DNA from: an uncultured Helicobacteraceae bacterium
GTDB taxonomy: Bacteria; Campylobacterota; Campylobacteria; Campylobacterales; Helicobacteraceae
Assembly: GCA_910578285.1 (NCBI GenBank)
Contig: CAJTQL010000002.1
Location: 30,951-94,950 of the forward strand
Reading direction: 5' to 3'
DNA length: 64,000 bases
Shown: positions 9,147 through 18,351 of the stretch, in pieces
Position numbering within the stretch: the stretch's first letter is position 1
How the letters are laid out: each line of letters starts with the position of its first letter
Made by a program: the position numbers and the translations under genes
Notes under the pieces: generated by a model
Database searches by the model: none
The model's input: only the letters and a program-made list of their open reading frames with translations
Told to the model about the DNA's origin: nothing

Positions 9147-10505
9147 TTAGCCCATCAACACGACAAGCGCTTCGATGCTTTGTTCAAAATCCCAGCTCTC
9201 TTCGATTCCTTGTTTCAGAAAGTTTTCCATTGCTTCTTTTTTGTCTATCGCTTCATCAAGTTCTTTGTCTCTGCCCTTTTGATACGCACCAATGCGAATG
9301 AGCACCTCATTTTCGCGCAATAGCGAATACAGCCGCCGAAATTTACGCGCCGCGAGGATATGCGCTTCGGAACACAAATCGTTCATAAGACGCGAAGCTG
9401 AATTGAGAATGTTGATGGGTGGGTAGATTCCAAAGTCTGTGAGCTCACGGCTTAGGACGATGTGCCCGTCCAAAATACTGCGGCTTTGGTCGCCAATGGG
9501 GTCGTTCATGTCGTCTCCCTCGACAAGCACTGTAAAAAACGCCGTGATTGAGCCGCGCCCTTCTTCTTTGCCGGCGCGTTCCATGAGTTGTGGCAAGAGC
9601 GTGAGCACCGATGGTGGATAGCCCTTACTTGTTGGTGGCTCGCCGAGTGCTAGCCCAATCTCGCGCTGCGCCATTGCAAAACGTGTTACAGAATCCATCA
9701 TAAACAAGACATCATGCCCTTGGTCCTTGAAAAACTCTGCCACACTCATTGCCGAAAATGCCCCATATTTACGCATAAGCGGCGAATCATCGCTCGTTGC
9801 GACAACGAGCACTGTGCCGCTTAAATCGCCGCCGAGATTCTTTTCGACAAACTCGGGCACTTCGCGCCCGCGCTCGCCCACAAGCGCGATAATCTTAATC
9901 GGCGCATCGACACCTTTGACAATCATTCCCATAAGCGTGCTTTTGCCCACACCGCTTCCAGCGAAGATGCCGAGCTTTTGTCCCTTGCCACATGTTAGCA
10001 AACCATCAATTGTCTTGATGCCCACATTAAACACTTCGTCAATCATTCCGCGCTTCATTGCGACAATCGGCGGGCGGATAATCGGCGCGCTCTCTGTCGC
10101 GAGAATCTCGCCCTTGCCGTCAATGGGTTGCCCAAGTGGATTGATGACGCGCCCAAGTAATGCCTCGCCAACGGGGATTTGCAAACCTTTGTTGTTGATG
10201 AAGATTCTATCGCCCACACGATTGCCTTCGACAAAAGAGAATGGCGAAATGCTAAAGGTTTGCGTGTCTACAACCGTAACCATTCCCATGCTTTCGTGTC
10301 CGTCCTCATGCCGCACGATTTTGACAATATCGCCCACGCTAGGCTTGAGCCCTGTGGCGACAATGCTATTGGACATCACTTTTGTGATTGTGCCAAAGGC
10401 AGGGGAGAGGGTTGAGACTTCGAGTTTTTTGCGCAGTTGTTCTAGTGCCACGATTCTTCCTTCGTTTGAAAAATCAAGCATAGCACGCTTTTGCTTGTAT
10501 TGCAT
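9147..10505 (-). CDS. fliI: Flagellum-specific (T3SS) ATPase FliI
   Basis: Walker A GSGVGKST and F1/T3SS ATPase core. Start set at MQYKQKR (ATG 10505); the longer ORF to 10610 is probably an upstream extension. Confidence 0.9.
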   Translation of the reverse strand: MQYKQKRAMLDFSNEGRIVALEQLRKKLEVSTLSPAFGTITKVMSNSIVATGLKPSVGDIVKIVRHEDGHESMGMVTVVDTQTFSISPFSFVEGNRVGDRIFINNKGLQIPVGEALLGRVINPLGQPIDGKGEILATESAPIIRPPIVAMKRGMIDEVFNVGIKTIDGLLTCGKGQKLGIFAGSGVGKSTLMGMIVKGVDAPIKIIALVGERGREVPEFVEKNLGGDLSGTVLVVATSDDSPLMRKYGAFSAMSVAEFFKDQGHDVLFMMDSVTRFAMAQREIGLALGEPPTSKGYPPSVLTLLPQLMERAGKEEGRGSITAFFTVLVEGDDMNDPIGDQSRSILDGHIVLSRELTDFGIYPPINILNSASRLMNDLCSEAHILAARKFRRLYSLLRENEVLIRIGAYQKGRDKELDEAIDKKEAMENFLKQGIEESWDFEQSIEALVVLMG

Positions 10506-10612
10506 TAAAGAAACGACTCGCAATAACCAAAAATAAAGTTTTTGTCTGCTAGAATCGCATACCAAAGTTATCGATGAATAGTCGCATAACGTCAAAATAT
10601 CTAGGGGCATTT

Positions 10613-11911
10613 ATGAATATCCAAACAACCAAAAATGACGCAGCAAATGCGCTTGCAAGTGGAGTTATCGAGCAAAAAACGCTTGATTCGAAGACAGCAT
10701 CGCTCACACAAAAGGCAGCAAAAACATTGCATATCGATGGTTTTCGCAAGGGCAAAGTGCCTGTGAGCATTGTGCGCGCACGTTATGGCAAACAGATTGC
10801 CGAGGATGCTGAACAAGAGGCAATCAAGGATTTCATCAGCACTGCATTCAAAGAGTTGGGCGTGAAAGAAGAGGACACACTCGGTAGCCCGATGTTTTTG
10901 AAGTTTGATAGAAACGAGAATGGAATCGAGGTTGAAGTGCGCTTTGCGTTGCGCCCAGAGTTTGATATTGCGCCCGCGAAAGCCGCTGTACCAAGCTTTG
11001 AAGTACCTGATGTGAATGAATCAGAAATAGACGAACAGCTCGCAAAATTTGCTAAAAATTATGGTGAGTTGCACGATATTGAGAATAGAGCAGTACAAGA
11101 AAATGATATTGTGCAAATCGATTTTGAGGGCTTTGTTGATGACAAAGCTTTTGAGGGTGGCAAAGCAGAGGGGTATAATCTCGAGATTGGCAGCAAGGCG
11201 TTTATCCCCGGATTTGAGGAGCAGCTTGTGGGCATGCAGATTGGTGATTCTAAAGATATTTTTGTCACGTTTCCCAAAGACTATGGCGCGCAGAATCTCG
11301 CGGGCAAAGATGCACGTTTTGCTATCAAATTGCACAGCATTAAAGAGCGTATTCCCGCTCCAATCGATGATGATCTTGCCAAAAAACTTTTGCCCAAAGA
11401 TGAGGATGCGATCTTGCAAAAGCTCAAAGAGCGCGTAAAAGAACAGATTGCAAGCGATAAAAAAGCAAAGCTTTACAACGAAACGCTCAAGGAGAAATTT
11501 ATCGAAAATTTGCTGCAGACTTTTTCGTTTGATTTGCCCGAGAATATCATCGAACAAGAAATGGATATGTTGTTTCGAGGCGAGGTCGATTCGATGGAGC
11601 GCGAAGAGCTTGAATCACTGCAAGGCAAGCGCGAAGAAATCAAAGAGCGACGTGAAAAGCATAAAGAAAAGGCGCAGCGCAATGTCAAGCTCACGTTGAT
11701 TGTCGATGCGCTCGCGCGTGAAAATAAGCTTGGAATCAGCGAGCAGGAGCTATTCATGCGTCTCTATAATGAGGCGATGTTCTTGCGCCAAGACCCTAAA
11801 ACATTGCTCGAATATTACCAGCAAGGTGGCTTTTTGCCCGCATTGCAAATGGCGATGCTCGAAGACAAGGTTTTGACATTTTTGCTTGAAAAGAGTATCG
11901 ACAAGGAGTAA
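10613..11911 (+). CDS. tig: Trigger factor
   Basis: GFRKGKVP signature, central FKBP-type domain, and tig-clpP-def synteny. Start set at MNIQTTKND. Confidence 0.92.
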   Translation: MNIQTTKNDAANALASGVIEQKTLDSKTASLTQKAAKTLHIDGFRKGKVPVSIVRARYGKQIAEDAEQEAIKDFISTAFKELGVKEEDTLGSPMFLKFDRNENGIEVEVRFALRPEFDIAPAKAAVPSFEVPDVNESEIDEQLAKFAKNYGELHDIENRAVQENDIVQIDFEGFVDDKAFEGGKAEGYNLEIGSKAFIPGFEEQLVGMQIGDSKDIFVTFPKDYGAQNLAGKDARFAIKLHSIKERIPAPIDDDLAKKLLPKDEDAILQKLKERVKEQIASDKKAKLYNETLKEKFIENLLQTFSFDLPENIIEQEMDMLFRGEVDSMEREELESLQGKREEIKERREKHKEKAQRNVKLTLIVDALARENKLGISEQELFMRLYNEAMFLRQDPKTLLEYYQQGGFLPALQMAMLEDKVLTFLLEKSIDKE

Positions 11912-11916
11912 CGACT

Positions 11917-12516
11917 ATGAACTATATCCCTTATGTCATCGAAAAAACGGGGCGTGGCGAGCGCAGCTATGACATCTATTCGCGCCTACTGAAGGATAGA
12001 ATTGTCATGCTTTGTGGCGAAATCCATGATGATCTCGCTGCGTCTATTGTGGCACAGCTTTTGTTTCTTGAGGCAGAGGACCCCGAAAAAGATATTTATC
12101 TTTATATCAATTCGCCCGGTGGTGTTGTTACAAGTGGATTGAGCATTTATGACACGATGAACTACATCAAGCCCGATATTTGCACGATTTGCATCGGGCA
12201 GGCAGCGAGCATGGGGGCATTTTTGTTGAGTTGTGGCTCAAGCGGCAAGCGACACTCTTTGCCGCATAGCCGAATCATGATTCATCAACCGCTCGGTGGT
12301 GCGCGAGGGCAGGCGAGCGATATTGAGATTCAGGCGAAGGAAATCTTGCGCCAAAAGAAGATTCTCAATGAAATCCTTGCACGCAACACGCAACAACCGC
12401 TCGAGAAAATCGCACTTGATACCGATAGGGACTTTTTTATGAGTGCCTTTGAGGCAAAAGAATATGGATTGATTGATAGCGTTTTGGAGAAGAGTTTCAA
12501 GGAAAATTTACAATAA
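11917..12516 (+). CDS. clpP: ATP-dependent Clp protease proteolytic subunit
   Basis: 199 aa with GQAASMGA (catalytic Ser) and IMIHQPLGG (His). Confidence 0.95.
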   Translation: MNYIPYVIEKTGRGERSYDIYSRLLKDRIVMLCGEIHDDLAASIVAQLLFLEAEDPEKDIYLYINSPGGVVTSGLSIYDTMNYIKPDICTICIGQAASMGAFLLSCGSSGKRHSLPHSRIMIHQPLGGARGQASDIEIQAKEILRQKKILNEILARNTQQPLEKIALDTDRDFFMSAFEAKEYGLIDSVLEKSFKENLQ

Positions 12517-12531
12517 GGCAGGAAACAGTTA

Positions 12532-13554
12532 ATGGATATGCAACGATTACGTATTGGAGATGCGATCCAATCTGAAGCATTTGAAGAAGAGGCAGTGAAT
12601 GGTGCTCTCGAGAAGGAATTGCGTGAGCTTTGCAATGAGGTTGTGGATAAGGTTAAGGACGATGGCATTCTTGCCACTCCTTTAAATTTTCAAATCTATT
12701 TCGAGCGCTCGCTCGCTGACAAAAGCGAAGAGCTCAAAGAAATGGCGCTCAAGATGTTAAGCCATGGGCAGCAGGTGGGATATGATGATTACATCGACCT
12801 CGAGCGGCATTTGCGCAGCAGTTTTCGGAGTATTAAACAGGTTTTTGATATTGTTGCTGTGATTTATCGCAATCAAGCATTGCTTTATGAGATACTTGAC
12901 AAACGCCTTGCCGAGCTCAAATCGGTTGATAATCCCGTGATATCATGCAATATCGTAACTGATATGGCTATAGAAATCAATCGGCTCAAAGACATCACGC
13001 GCAAGCAGAGCGACCAGCTCAAAATCCTCTACCAGCAAAGTGCAAAAGTGATTAATAGTGCTGACAGCAGCACTGTCTTTGATGCACAATATGGAATCTA
13101 CAATAAGCATTTTATCCTAACAAGTTTAGAAAAAGAAATCACAATGCTAGGACCAAATTATAATGCATCGTTGCTTATTTTGCGGCTTGCTGATAGTATT
13201 GCGAAAGAGATTGGTAATGTGAATGTGCTCAACGTTTTGCAAAACAATATCGCCGAAATCTTGCTCAAAGCATCGCGCAGAAGCGATGTTGTTTCGCATT
13301 ATGAAAATGGTATTTTTGCCATTTTGTTGCGGCATTCAAGCCTTGAAAATGCCCAAGCTGTCTGCAAACGTCTTTTTTCGTTTGTCAAAGGTAGTAGCAC
13401 TTTTATCGACAGCAAGCGTATTACACTCGAAATTAATATTGCAGCTGTGTCCTTGCGTCGTGATAGCGAACCCGAATCTATCATTGCAAGCGGCATTGCT
13501 GCACTCAAGGAATTAAGCACCCAAACATCAGCATTTAAGGTTGTGGGAGGCTAG
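12532..13554 (+). CDS. Coiled-coil protein with a degenerate GGDEF-like C-terminal domain
   Basis: The C-terminal about 160 aa follows the GGDEF topology (DAQYGIYNKHF..., ASLLILRLAD..., RRSDVVSHYENGIFAILLRHSSLENAQAVCKRL..., LEINIAAVSL). The GG[DE]EF signature itself reads YENGIF. Confidence 0.45.
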   Translation: MDMQRLRIGDAIQSEAFEEEAVNGALEKELRELCNEVVDKVKDDGILATPLNFQIYFERSLADKSEELKEMALKMLSHGQQVGYDDYIDLERHLRSSFRSIKQVFDIVAVIYRNQALLYEILDKRLAELKSVDNPVISCNIVTDMAIEINRLKDITRKQSDQLKILYQQSAKVINSADSSTVFDAQYGIYNKHFILTSLEKEITMLGPNYNASLLILRLADSIAKEIGNVNVLNVLQNNIAEILLKASRRSDVVSHYENGIFAILLRHSSLENAQAVCKRLFSFVKGSSTFIDSKRITLEINIAAVSLRRDSEPESIIASGIAALKELSTQTSAFKVVGG

Positions 13555-13556
13555 AG

Positions 13557-14069
13557 ATGTTGGACATTGTATATTATTCTGATAGCTTTTTGCGCAAAAA
13601 GGCGCAGACTGTGCAGAGTTTTGATGAGAATCTCCATGCATTGCTCGATGAAATGTATATCTTGATGATTGAACGCAATGGAGTAGGGCTCGCTGCACCG
13701 CAAGTGCGCCATAGTTTGCGTGCGCTTGTTATCAATTTGCCCGATGAGGAGGGTGAGCAGCACAAAGAGAATCTGCTCGAGGTGCTCAACCCCGAAATTA
13801 TCGAGCATAGTGGGAAGATTCTGTTCAACGAGGGTTGTTTGAGTGTACCTGATTATTATGACGACATCGAACGTAGCGAAAAGATTACCGTTTCTTTTCA
13901 GGATCGATTTGGCAATGCGCACACTCTTGATGCTGAAGGCTATCTCGCTGTGGCACTCCAGCATGAAATCGACCATCTGAACGGAATCTTATTTGTCGAC
14001 CGCTTGCCACTGCTCAAACGCAAACGATTTGAAAAGGCATTCAAGAAACAGCAACGTTGCTCTGCATAG
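13557..14069 (+). CDS. def: Peptide deformylase
   Basis: Motifs GVGLAAPQ, EGCLS and QHEIDHLNG. Confidence 0.95.
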   Translation: MLDIVYYSDSFLRKKAQTVQSFDENLHALLDEMYILMIERNGVGLAAPQVRHSLRALVINLPDEEGEQHKENLLEVLNPEIIEHSGKILFNEGCLSVPDYYDDIERSEKITVSFQDRFGNAHTLDAEGYLAVALQHEIDHLNGILFVDRLPLLKRKRFEKAFKKQQRCSA

Positions 14070-14077
14070 GCGCAAGA

Positions 14078-15598
14078 ATGGGGATTAGCAAGCTTCAGAG
14101 TGCCACAATTTTTGGCTTTGAAGCAAAGATTGTGGATATTGAAGTTGCATTTGTGCGCGGGTTGCCCGCATTTCATATTAGCGGGCTTGCAAATCAATCT
14201 GTTCAAGAAGCCAAACACCGCTCGAGCTCGGCGCTTGCGGCGATTGGATTCCAATTCCCGCCCTTGCGTGTGAATATCAACCTTTCCCCGTCCGACCTTC
14301 CTAAACAAGGTAGCCATTTTGATTTTGGAATCGCTCTGCTCATCGCGCTGCATAGTCTTGAGATTCCGCCATTTTTGCAAGAGACCTATTTCGCGCTTGG
14401 TGAGCTTGGGCTTGATGGCAAAATCAAGGCAACGGAGAGCTGTTATCCCATCTTGCTTGATTTGAGCGCACATCACTACCCGCATATTATTTTTGTTCCC
14501 AAAGAGAATCTCGCGCTTTATCAGCAGATTCCGCATCTAAGGCTCATTGGGCTTGAGAGTCTGCAAGAGGCGCTCGACCTTTTTGCATCTAAAAGCCCGC
14601 TTGATGTCGCCTTGTATCACAATCAGCTCCCATTTGAAACAATCGCTATCAATGGGCAAACATATTATTTTATGCGCGATTTTAAGGAGGATTTTCGCGA
14701 CATCATCGGGCAGAGTGTTGCTAAACGTGCTGCGCTGATTGCCGCAAGCGGATTTCACAATATTCTTTTTGAGGGCAGCCCGGGCTGCGGCAAGAGCATG
14801 ATTGCGCATCGCATGCGCTATATCCTGCCACCGCTTTCTGAAGAGGAGATTTTGAAAAACGCAAAAATGCGCCTTTATGAAAGCGGCAATTTGCAATATT
14901 CGCCATTGCGCTCGTTTCGTTCGCCGCATGCGTCCTCCTCGCGCGCCGCGCTGCTTGGGAGCAGCATTGGCAATGAGTTCAAGCCGGGCGAAATTGCGCT
15001 CGCGACACAGGGGATTTTGTTTCTCGATGAGCTCGCACATTTTCCAACGTCTCTGCTCGAATCACTTCGCGAGCCGCTCGAGAATCATCGATTCACGCTT
15101 TCACGCGCACATCTTAAGATTGAATACGACACCGCCTTTCTGCTTGTTTGCGCGCAAAACCCTTGCCCATGTGGAAATCTGATGAGCAGCGTCCATGAGT
15201 GTCGTTGTTCCGACACAATGTTGTCGCGCTACAAAAATAAACTCTCCGAACCTTTTTGGGATAGAATCGATTTGTATGTGCCCATGCAAGAGATCTCACA
15301 AGAACATCGCGTGGATTCCAAGACATTGTTTGAGCAGGTTTTGCAGGCTTTTTGCTTGCAAAAACAGCGCGATCAGGTGCGGCTCAATGGACATTTGCGC
15401 GATAGCGAGGTCGAGCAATTCTGTGTGCTTGACGAGGAAGCAAGCAACATTCTCACCCAAGCGACACAACGATTCGGGCTCTCGCACCGCGCGAATATCA
15501 AGATTAAAAAAATCGCGCGCACAATTGCTGATTTGGAAGGTTGTGATATTATCACAAAGCTGCATGTGTTCGAGGCACTGTCATATCGGCATCGGTGA
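14078..15598 (+). CDS. comM: ComM/YifB Mg-chelatase-like ATPase
   Basis: Lon-like N-domain, Walker A GSPGCGKS, and a C-terminal ChlI-like region. Confidence 0.88.
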   Translation: MGISKLQSATIFGFEAKIVDIEVAFVRGLPAFHISGLANQSVQEAKHRSSSALAAIGFQFPPLRVNINLSPSDLPKQGSHFDFGIALLIALHSLEIPPFLQETYFALGELGLDGKIKATESCYPILLDLSAHHYPHIIFVPKENLALYQQIPHLRLIGLESLQEALDLFASKSPLDVALYHNQLPFETIAINGQTYYFMRDFKEDFRDIIGQSVAKRAALIAASGFHNILFEGSPGCGKSMIAHRMRYILPPLSEEEILKNAKMRLYESGNLQYSPLRSFRSPHASSSRAALLGSSIGNEFKPGEIALATQGILFLDELAHFPTSLLESLREPLENHRFTLSRAHLKIEYDTAFLLVCAQNPCPCGNLMSSVHECRCSDTMLSRYKNKLSEPFWDRIDLYVPMQEISQEHRVDSKTLFEQVLQAFCLQKQRDQVRLNGHLRDSEVEQFCVLDEEASNILTQATQRFGLSHRANIKIKKIARTIADLEGCDIITKLHVFEALSYRHR

Positions 15599-15614
15599 GG
15601 AATGAGAAACGTCA

Positions 15615-16326
15615 ATGACGCAAAAAGATGATGTAATTAAAGCATTACGTGCCAATGATGGTATGGCGACATTGAGTCAACTCTATGCACTTACGGATAT
15701 TTCGCAATGGAAAACAAAAACACCATATGCTTCTATTCGCCGCATTGTGCAGACAAACGAGGAATTTTTCAGGATTCAACCCGGTCTTTGGGGGCTTGTT
15801 GCACAACAAAAAGAGATTCTCGAAAAAATGCACATTTTAGATAACGGGATTGTACAAGATAATGAATGTACGCATGCGTATTATCAGGGTATTGTGGTAG
15901 AGATTGGGAATGCGCGTGGGTTTGAAACATATATTCCACCACAAGATAAAAATAGATTGTTTGTTCATCAAAAATTGAGTGATATTGCCTCGCTACAAAC
16001 AATGCATACGTTCTCATATCAACATATTGTTGCTAAAGCAAAATATATAGATATAGTTTGGTTTAATGAACGTAAAATGCCTTATGCTTTTTTTTGAGGT
16101 GGAACATTCGACAGATTTTAGAAATTCTCTTAATAAATTTTTCGAGCTTCAAGATTTTAGGGCAAAGTTTGTTATTATCGCTAAGCAGGAGAGATTTGGG
16201 CAATTTCAGAAGATTATTGGGGATTCTATCTATCGCCCTATTCAGAATTTGGTGTCGTTTGCAGATTATGAGAGCATTGTAAAACAATATGAAAAGGAGA
16301 CAATGCGCTATGAAATGGGAATCTAA
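15615..16326 (+). pseudogene. Winged-helix (Mrr_N-like) + PD-(D/E)xK-like nuclease protein, frameshifted at a T8 tract (T7 would give an intact protein of about 236 aa)
   Basis: ORF 15615..16097 ends ...ERKMPYAFF*. ORF 16066..16326 continues ...FFEVEHSTDFRNSL in another frame. Deleting one T from T8 (16088-16095) joins them as ...PYAFFEVEHSTD.... The C-terminal module is paralogous to ORF 16744..17679. Confidence 0.7.
16088..16095 (+). repeat. Homopolymeric T8 tract inside the coding sequence
   Basis: Read directly: GC-TTTTTTTT-GAGG. It sits immediately 5' of the EVEHST motif codons. Confidence 0.95.
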
Positions 16327-16409
16327 AAACTTGGATAATATTATGAAGCCCCACAGAAAAAACTATGCAAGAAGGAGTGAAATTATTGAGCTTTTGATAA
16401 GGGGGGATT

Positions 16410-16727
16410 ATGAGTAAAAATAATCAGCAACAAGATGTAAGCAATAAAAAACATTTAGTTTTAGAAACTTTGCTAGAACGATGCCAGAAACGAAATAATC
16501 TTATTTTTGATAATGATTTAGTCAAAGAGATTTGCAGGGAATATTATTTCGGTAATCCATTTGATGTAACAAAGCTTGATTCTAAGGATAAATTGCCGCT
16601 TTCTTTTTTGACAAAAGATATTTGTTTGTTATATTCAGGCAAAGGTCGCCATCGGTTTGTTCATGGTGTTGATAAGCTCTATCATACCTTTGGACACATA
16701 CAAGATACTATTGAACAAATGTATTAG
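16410..16727 (+). CDS. Hypothetical 105-aa protein
   Basis: ORF preceded by AAGGGGGGATTATG. No confidently recognised domain. AT-rich. Confidence 0.4.
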   Translation: MSKNNQQQDVSNKKHLVLETLLERCQKRNNLIFDNDLVKEICREYYFGNPFDVTKLDSKDKLPLSFLTKDICLLYSGKGRHRFVHGVDKLYHTFGHIQDTIEQMY

Positions 16728-16743
16728 GGGGGATTATTGAATA

Positions 16744-17679
16744 ATGGCAAATCCTTATAAAGAACGAGTATTACATTTATTACAGCAAAAATATGGAACA
16801 ATCAAAAGTCTACCCAAAACACAATCCTTATTTGTTGTTGAATCTTTGAACATTGTTCTCTATTTTCGTTATTCCAAAGTATTTCAACATGGAAAAAATG
16901 GATATAAAACATTTTATGGATTAAGGTTTGAAGATTTACAATTTTTGCAAGGCAAACAAGCGTATATTATTTTTCTAAGTGATATGAATAATAAAAGTCT
17001 CGTTATGCCTTTCAGCCATATTGAACATATTCTGACAGAAACAACCCCGTCTTCAGATTCGCAATATAAAACTTTAATATTTTTTAAAAATACAGGAACA
17101 GAGATTTATATTCCTCAATTTGTAAAATTTAATGCCGAAAGTTATTTGGGACTAGAGTCGCTATTAGAATTTAAAAATAAAAACCTTATTGTTCCAGAAA
17201 TCTCACATACACAGGCACAAATATTTATTGGTGCAATTGGGATCTATAAGGGATTTGATATATTTTATCCAGCGAGTGATAGAATAAAAATTGATTTAGA
17301 TATTATAGACAAAAGAAAAATGAGAAATAATCTACCTTATTTTCATAAAGATGTCCAACATATCATGGAAGAAATAGATTGTATTTGGTTAGATTCTACA
17401 AAGATTATATCACTTTTTGAGATTGAACATTCAACTCCTATCTATTCTGGGTTGTTACGCTTTAATGATGTCAATTTAACTATTGCAAATGTCAATAATT
17501 TTAATATTATTGCAAACAGTGAGAGAGAAAATAAATTTCATAAAGAAATTAATCGTCCTACTTTTAAGCAAAATAATTTAATAGAAAAAGTTTCTTTTAT
17601 GACATATTCCAATTTATACTATTGGTATATGAATTTTAAAAATACAGGAGTAAAGCATGATATATTGTCCAAATTGTAG
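16744..17679 (+). CDS. Hypothetical protein with a C-terminal PD-(D/E)xK-like nuclease module (FEIEHST motif)
   Basis: 311 aa. The C-terminal about 150 aa aligns with gene 15615..16326: HTQAQIFIGAIGIYKGFDIFYPASDR / HAYYQGIVVEIGNARGFETYIPPQDK; IDCIWLD..LFEIEHST / IDIVWFN..FFEVEHST; FNIIANSER..F / FVIIAKQER..F. Confidence 0.55.
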   Translation: MANPYKERVLHLLQQKYGTIKSLPKTQSLFVVESLNIVLYFRYSKVFQHGKNGYKTFYGLRFEDLQFLQGKQAYIIFLSDMNNKSLVMPFSHIEHILTETTPSSDSQYKTLIFFKNTGTEIYIPQFVKFNAESYLGLESLLEFKNKNLIVPEISHTQAQIFIGAIGIYKGFDIFYPASDRIKIDLDIIDKRKMRNNLPYFHKDVQHIMEEIDCIWLDSTKIISLFEIEHSTPIYSGLLRFNDVNLTIANVNNFNIIANSERENKFHKEINRPTFKQNNLIEKVSFMTYSNLYYWYMNFKNTGVKHDILSKL

Positions 17680-17863
17680 GAGCAAAGAATTTATTTCAGA
17701 ACTCAATCAATATAATATACTCGAATTTATAGATGGTGATTTTCGCATTATAAGAACCGAATCTGTTGAGGAATATCGCATCTTTTGTAGAGAATGTGGC
17801 AGGGAATTGAGCAATAAAAATGGGCAAATTATTATTAAAGAGCAAAAATCATACAAAGACTAG
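17657..17863 (+). CDS. Small zinc-ribbon protein (CPNC...CREC)
   Basis: 68 aa with two CxxC pairs (CPNC at 4-7, CREC near 45). Its start overlaps the upstream gene by 23 nt. Confidence 0.4.
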   Translation: MIYCPNCRSKEFISELNQYNILEFIDGDFRIIRTESVEEYRIFCRECGRELSNKNGQIIIKEQKSYKD

Positions 17864-17883
17864 CAGAGGGGCATAAGGGCAGA

Positions 17884-18213
17884 ATGCCTTATTCATGGTT
17901 TTATTTCGATTTGGTCAAAAATGTGAGCAAGGATAAAACATTTCATTCATGCCAGATTCCATTGAAACTTGTCGAAATGCTCATCAAGTCTTGCACAAAT
18001 GAGGGAGATTCTGTGTTTATTCTCTTTGGTGGTAGCGGGGGTGAGATTGTATTATGCGAACAACTCAAGCGGCAATGGATAAGCTGTGAGCTGCATAAGC
18101 CCTATTATGAAATGATACTCGATAGATTGAATAATAAGGGCAGAATCAAAGAAGAATTTAGGATAAGTGCCAGAGAGAAAGGCACAGAGAGGCAGGAGAT
18201 GTTTTTATTATAA
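17884..18213 (+). pseudogene. C-terminal fragment of a beta-class (DPPY-first) N4/N6 DNA methyltransferase
   Basis: HSCQIPLKLVEMLIKSCTNEGDSVFILFGGSGGEIVLCEQLKRQWISCELHKPYYEMILDRL corresponds to the H-P-T-x-K-P...FxGSG(T/S)...E...Y block. The DPPY (motif IV) half is absent upstream. Confidence 0.6.
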
Positions 18214-18304
18214 AAATTTTCTTAGGAAATACTATTTTTATTTTGCACCATCGATTCGGCGCGAAAACCCGCAAAATATCCCATTTTTTCAGCAAATATT
18301 CAGC

Positions 18305-18321
18305 GGGGGGGGGGGTAGAAT
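18305..18321 (+). promoter_or_regulatory. G11 tract abutting a -10-like TAGAAT, upstream of the YaaW-flavodoxin gene
   Basis: CAGC-G11-TAGAAT (G11 at 18305-18315, TAGAAT at 18316-18321). The AAGGAG RBS and the ATG at 18352 follow about 30 nt downstream. Confidence 0.45.
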
Positions 18322-18351
18322 GTTTTCTTGTTTTTGCAATAAGGAGACAAC

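Noticed and set aside
9727-10536. 269-aa + strand ORF antisense to fliI.
   Set aside because: It lies entirely inside the well-supported fliI frame. The translation is Ser/Pro/Thr-rich with no motifs, so it is an antisense shadow ORF.
16410-17679. Possibility that ORF 16410..16727 and ORF 16744..17679 are one gene split by slippage in the G6 run at 16729-16734.
   Set aside because: The stop codon (TAG, 16725-16727) lies upstream of the G6 run, so changing the run length cannot fuse the frames.
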